The notes below the pieces were generated by a model that worked only from the letters and a program-made list of their open reading frames with translations, was not told the DNA's origin and searched no databases. Both the position numbers and the translations under genes were made by a program. 64,000 nucleotides of DNA from Opitutales bacterium (lineage in GTDB: Bacteria > Verrucomicrobiota > Verrucomicrobiia > Opitutales > Coraliomargaritaceae): assembly GCA_049598495.1 (NCBI GenBank), contig JBMYNR010000002.1:19105-83104 (forward strand). The letters are read 5' to 3'. This document shows, in pieces, positions 59,941 to 64,000 of this stretch. How positions within the stretch are numbered: the first letter of the stretch is position 1; every line of letters begins with the position of its first letter.

Positions 59941-61191
59941 TTAGGTATTCTGCTTAAAGTAAGCCTGCACCTTACAAATAACGTCCGCCGCTTCCTCTTC
60001 GGAAAGTCCGGCGTCGACCAAATCACTGGCCTCGACGCCCTCAAATACTTCGGGGCTGGCAAAACCAAATGAAACCAAGCGGGCAGCCAACTCAGGATCG
60101 AGCCCGTCGATCGCATTGAGCCCTTCGACCGCTTTAGCAACTTTTTCGTCAAAGCCGACCGCTTCCTTCTCTTCCTTGCCGATGTCGAGCTTCCAGCCAA
60201 GTAGACGAGAGGTTAATTTCGCGTTGAAGCCGCGACGTCCGATCGCGATGGACAGGTCGTCTTCCGCCACCTCGAAGTGAATACGGCGTTCCACCTCATT
60301 GACCTTGATGTTCTTTGGGACTGCGGGCTTAAGGGCTTCCTCAAGAAGCTGTAGCGGGTCCTGGTAGTAACGAATAATATCGATCTTCTCACCGCCGAGT
60401 TCACGGACGATGGTCTTTACCCGGGCACCTCGCGCGCCGACACATGCGCCGACGGGGTCGACTTTGGGATCCGTGCTGTTCACCGCGATCTTGGTGCGGT
60501 AGCCCGGCTCACGCGCCATTGCCTCAATCGTAACGGTTCCATCAGCGATCTCCGTGACTTCGAGTTCAAAGAGGCGGCGAACAAAATTCAAGTTCGAGCG
60601 GGAAAGAATGATATCCGGGCCGCGGTTGCTTTGCTCAATCTTAAGCAGCAGGCAGCGAATACTCTCTCCCGGGGCATAGTCCTCACCGGGGACACGTTCG
60701 CGGGGCGGCAGGATCGCCTCGGCTTTTCCGAGGTCAACAATCAGATCACCACGTTCACGGCGGCGGACAGTCCCGGTGACAATATCACCCACGGTGTCCT
60801 TGTAATCATCGTAGATGCGCTCCTTTTCGAATTGGCGTATTCGCTGCATGATCGCTTGGCGCGCGGTTTGCGCGGCAATACGACCAAGGTAGGCAGGATC
60901 TATCTCTTTCTCAACCGTCTCGCCGATCTGGGCGCCCGCCTGAATCAAACGAGCCTTCTCGATATGAATCTCAAGCGATGGGTCACTCACCGAATCAACC
61001 ACCTGAAGAATACTCCAGGCCTTGAGTGCCCCGGTTTTCGGGTTAATTTCGACCCGAATATCTTGGCCCGCGCTCACGCCTTTCTGGGCAGCGCTCGCAA
61101 TCGCGCCGGAGATGGCCTCGATCATGTCAGGGCGACTGATCCCCTTCTCCTTCTCCATATATTCTAAAACTGATAGTATCTCGTGACTCAT
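59941..61191 (-). CDS. nusA: transcription termination/antitermination factor NusA
   Basis: 416 aa. S1 domain [25 protein letters not shown] domains [27 protein letters not shown]. Confidence 0.95.
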   Translation of the reverse strand: MSHEILSVLEYMEKEKGISRPDMIEAISGAIASAAQKGVSAGQDIRVEINPKTGALKAWSILQVVDSVSDPSLEIHIEKARLIQAGAQIGETVEKEIDPAYLGRIAAQTARQAIMQRIRQFEKERIYDDYKDTVGDIVTGTVRRRERGDLIVDLGKAEAILPPRERVPGEDYAPGESIRCLLLKIEQSNRGPDIILSRSNLNFVRRLFELEVTEIADGTVTIEAMAREPGYRTKIAVNSTDPKVDPVGACVGARGARVKTIVRELGGEKIDIIRYYQDPLQLLEEALKPAVPKNIKVNEVERRIHFEVAEDDLSIAIGRRGFNAKLTSRLLGWKLDIGKEEKEAVGFDEKVAKAVEGLNAIDGLDPELAARLVSFGFASPEVFEGVEASDLVDAGLSEEEAADVICKVQAYFKQNT

Positions 61192-61211
61192 TGGGTGCTA
61201 AAAATAAAAAA

Positions 61212-61228
61212 AGCAGGCCAAGCCCGCT
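61212..61228 (-). terminator. terminator-like hairpin in the nusA leader
   Basis: The minus strand reads AAAAGCGGGCTTGGCCTGCTTTTTTTTATTTT. The U-tract ends ~10 nt before the nusA ATG. There is no upstream minus-strand gene to terminate. Confidence 0.4.
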
Positions 61229-61262
61229 TTTAAATTATGCTGGGTTTAAAAGTGAAGCGTGG

Positions 61263-61290
61263 AGCGTAGGGAGCTCACTTCTCTTGTCAA
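61263..61290 (-). promoter_or_regulatory. sigma70-like promoter candidate for nusA-infB (TTGACA-N16-TACGCT)
   Basis: Read on the minus strand, about 70-100 nt upstream of nusA. Confidence 0.3.
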
Positions 61291-61417
61291 GGTACCTGTA
61301 AATCGGATTTGAGCCCTTTGTTCTTGCCCTCACAAGCTCCTCGAGCATCGTTCACAGGCTTCTTGCCCTGCTCGCGAATTCCCAGGGCTCTGCCAATCTG
61401 GCGAAACCACTGAATTC

Positions 61418-62122
61418 ATGAAAACCGTCACCGTATACTCCGGAGGGCTCGATTCGACTGTGCTCCTCTGCCATCTTCTCGCGAAAGGACACGAGCCACA
61501 CGCTCTTTCCATTGACTACGGGCAACGCCACCGATGTGAACTCGAGCGGGCACGTGAGATTTGCGCCGAGTTGGGTGTGCCACACCGCATCGCCGACCTT
61601 TCTGCGATCCAACCCCTGCTCGCGGGCAGCAGTCTTACTTCGCCGGAGATCGAGGTGGCTGAAGGACACTACACCGAAGAATCCATGAAGACCACGGTGG
61701 TGCCAAACCGAAACATGATCTTTCTTTCCATCGCGACAGGTTACGCCCTCTCGATTCAAGCCGGCCAAATCGCCTACGCCGCGCACTCCGGCGACCATGC
61801 GATCTACCCAGATTGCCGGAATGAATTCGCCGAGGCGATGGCCGAGGCGATTCGTATTGCCGATTGGGATTCGGTCGAACTGATTCGTCCATTTGTCGAC
61901 TGGACAAAGGCAGACATCGTTCGTCTCGGGGCCGAACTCGGCGCACCGCTCAAGAAGACCTGGTCCTGTTACAAGGGCAGGGAGCAACACTGCGGCCGCT
62001 GCGGCACCTGTATCGAACGCAGGGAGGCCTTTGACTTGGCGAATATCGAAGATCCGACAATCTACGCGCCCGGCGCTCCGGATTTGAAAACATTGCGAGC
62101 CAACGACTGGCGCCTGAACTGA
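61418..62122 (+). CDS. queC: 7-cyano-7-deazaguanine synthase
   Basis: 234 aa. [12 protein letters not shown]; Zn cluster [22 protein letters not shown]. Confidence 0.93.
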   Translation: MKTVTVYSGGLDSTVLLCHLLAKGHEPHALSIDYGQRHRCELERAREICAELGVPHRIADLSAIQPLLAGSSLTSPEIEVAEGHYTEESMKTTVVPNRNMIFLSIATGYALSIQAGQIAYAAHSGDHAIYPDCRNEFAEAMAEAIRIADWDSVELIRPFVDWTKADIVRLGAELGAPLKKTWSCYKGREQHCGRCGTCIERREAFDLANIEDPTIYAPGAPDLKTLRANDWRLN

Positions 62123-62155
62123 GCTATTCTCAACCGAGTATCCCAAGGATTTCAC

Positions 62156-62587
62156 ATGCTGAACTGTAAAAAGACCTACCGCGATATCCCATGCGCCCAT
62201 CGGCAACACCATCATGAAGGCCAGTGCGCCCAGATTCATGGCCACAACTGGACGATTACATTGACCTTCGCTTGTCACGAAACGGATGCGAACGGATTCG
62301 TCGTCGATTTCGGCGAACTGAACTACCTGAAGACTTGGATCGACGAGCATTTGGACCACGCTTGCCTCTTCAACGAGGACGACCCGGAGAAGGACACCCT
62401 ACTCCAAAGCGCCGGCCATCTCTTCAAGGCCTACGTTCTCCCGAATACGTCCTGCGAAGGTCTGGCTCGACATATTTTCACAATCTTCGATCCGATGGTT
62501 CGCGCGGAAACGGACGGTCGCGCTTGGATCACCCAAGTCGACGTTGAGGAAGATTCGAAGAACTCGGCCAGCTATCGCCCCGACTAG
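62156..62587 (+). CDS. queD: 6-carboxy-5,6,7,8-tetrahydropterin synthase
   Basis: 143 aa. [28 protein letters not shown]. Confidence 0.88.
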   Translation: MLNCKKTYRDIPCAHRQHHHEGQCAQIHGHNWTITLTFACHETDANGFVVDFGELNYLKTWIDEHLDHACLFNEDDPEKDTLLQSAGHLFKAYVLPNTSCEGLARHIFTIFDPMVRAETDGRAWITQVDVEEDSKNSASYRPD

Positions 62588-62592
62588 CCAGC

Positions 62593-63123
62593 CTATCCCG
62601 AGTCGCCCGACTCGCCGCCCTTCAGGGCGAGGAACTTCGCCCATAGGTGGCTGAAGGACCAAGCGAAGTCCCGCGGGCTGCGCTCGAGCCAGTCATTGAG
62701 CTCCTGCAAATGGATCCAGCGCCCCTCGATCACTTCGGATGGGTCTAAGGTAAAAGGCCCGTCCGATTGGCAGGTATAGACATAGACAAACTCATAGCCG
62801 GTCTGCTTACAGGGCGACTCCTTGAATACGCGTGTCAACTCAAGCTCTCCAGACAAGCCGATCTCTTCGGCCAACTCGCGAACAGCCGCGCTGTCGTAAT
62901 CCTCGCCCGTATCCACATGCCCGGAACAGGAACTTACCCATTTCCCCGGCGCCGTGTCCTTCCTCATGGAGCGACGTTGCAAATAAAGCTGTCCGTCGGC
63001 GTTAAAAACAAACACGTGAACCGCGCGATGCAGCAGTTTGTCCCGGTGGACGATCGATCGCTCCTCCTGACGAATGATGTTATCATTTTCATCAACGACA
63101 TCGAAAATATCTTTTACGGCCAT
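62593..63123 (-). CDS. NUDIX hydrolase
   Basis: 176 aa. Nudix box [23 protein letters not shown]. Confidence 0.85.
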   Translation of the reverse strand: MAVKDIFDVVDENDNIIRQEERSIVHRDKLLHRAVHVFVFNADGQLYLQRRSMRKDTAPGKWVSSCSGHVDTGEDYDSAAVRELAEEIGLSGELELTRVFKESPCKQTGYEFVYVYTCQSDGPFTLDPSEVIEGRWIHLQELNDWLERSPRDFAWSFSHLWAKFLALKGGESGDSG

Positions 63124-63213
63124 GGTAACATTGGGGTGGTTCGATTAACTCGTCGGCGAAATTGGCAAACTGCGAGTCGCAAATCGTAAAAGTAAGGAGG
63201 CGGAGACTGTCAT

Positions 63214-64000
63214 TTAATCGCGCATTTTGAACATCCACGGCATGACGCCACGGTTTACCCCGATTTCATCGAGAACCAGCGTACTCACCCATTCGCCGTT
63301 TTCAGAAGAGTCGACACGCTTGGCGATGGGCATACCATGAACGCGAATGTAATTTTTATAGATCATGCAATGGGTGTTATCGTCCTCGAGATCCGTATTC
63401 ACCACCTTGATCTCCAAATAAGTCCGGATATCGATAAAATAGTCCACCCGATACCCCGTGTCCAAATTGACCCGAATCTGGTGGCAAATGTTGCCCTCTG
63501 TGGGAACCGTGTCGATGTAGATGATCTCCTTCCCTTCCGCAAACGGATAGAGCAGGTGATTCCCAAAAATCGCGGCGTGCTTGAACCGCCGCGCTTCCTT
63601 ATTTGCCATTTCTACTGCCTTGGCATAAGCCTCAGGCGCCCGCTTCCACGCCGTTGTGCCATCGTGCCCGAAGACCCACTCCTGCTGATTCGAAACAAGC
63701 GTCAACTTCATGAAGTTCGGCTTTCGCTGCAGTGCCTGCAGTTCGAACTCTCTGTCTTTCAAGGTCAGCACGCCCTTGAGCCTCAGGCTTGAAATGGTCT
63801 CCCAATGCTCGGGGCCGCCGAGACCCTCATGGTAGTAACGCGTTAGAATCATCGCCAGTCGTCCGTCTCCAAGCTCCGGCATGGCTGTTTGAAGGAGTAT
63901 CTCCGTGACTCCCCCCTCTGGTGTTTTCAGTTTAACCCCGCGTTCGGCCGAGACACTAAGACTCACCAGCACCATCATTAGTGCGGGAAAAATTCGAACT
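63214..64000 (-). CDS. secreted protein, paralog family A (5' end probably beyond the window)
   Basis: The frame stays open upstream of the listed ATG (..VRIFPALMMVLVSLSVSA looks like a signal peptide in progress). The layout parallels 16542-17315. Confidence 0.55.
   Translation of the reverse strand, partial: VRIFPALMMVLVSLSVSAERGVKLKTPEGGVTEILLQTAMPELGDGRLAMILTRYYHEGLGGPEHWETISSLRLKGVLTLKDREFELQALQRKPNFMKLTLVSNQQEWVFGHDGTTAWKRAPEAYAKAVEMANKEARRFKHAAIFGNHLLYPFAEGKEIIYIDTVPTEGNICHQIRVNLDTGYRVDYFIDIRTYLEIKVVNTDLEDDNTHCMIYKNYIRVHGMPIAKRVDSSENGEWVSTLVLDEIGVNRGVMPWMFKMRD

Noticed and set aside
61232-61417. preQ1 riboswitch ahead of queC
   Set aside because: I could not find the short preQ1-I-like hairpin and A-rich tail. 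The region may still hold something that a covariance-model search would detect.
61352-62359. 335-aa ORF on the minus strand
   Set aside because: It is antisense to queC and queD, which have unambiguous motifs. It has no motif of its own.
63136-63150. tRNA-like GGTTCGATT T-loop word
   Set aside because: No acceptor or anticodon stems can be drawn around it. It lies in the 90-nt gap between two minus-strand genes.

Overview
High-GC bacterial chromosomal window. By inference only, it looks like a Verrucomicrobia/PVC-type genome: it has a PEP-CTERM anchor, a prepilin-like GFTLVEIM protein, AKKAAKK histone-H1-like tails and a SET-domain protein. The backbone is housekeeping: mutS, ftsK, slyD, glnD, tyrA-aroA-cmk-plsC, purM, gpsA-panB, rluD, ribF-truB-nrnA-rbfA-infB-nusA, queCD. 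Accessory or unusual content: (1) three VapBC modules, each preceded by a perfect palindrome; (2) a Y-family polymerase cassette between the live 3' end of mutS and a decayed second copy of that same 3' end; (3) a six-gene TonB2-type energiser cluster (DUF3450-like, large MotA/ExbB, ExbB, ExbD, TonB, TPR); (4) an AT-richer block at about 18.4-26.9 kb holding orphan secreted proteins, a PEP-CTERM protein, a beta-helix-like protein and an 1198-aa TonB-dependent receptor. This block starts at a RAYT-like Y1 transposase that has truncated a paralogous gene, and it abuts a PiT-like/pstSCAB-phoU phosphate locus; (5) a family of GTAG-plus-hairpin REP-like elements with compensatory stem changes; (6) a frameshifted GxxExxY gene framed by 32-bp inverted repeats; (7) two enzyme or binding domains fused to histone-H1-like tails, plus a SET methyltransferase. 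I saw no rRNA, tRNA or CRISPR. All homology calls rest on motifs read by eye, and no database search was run.
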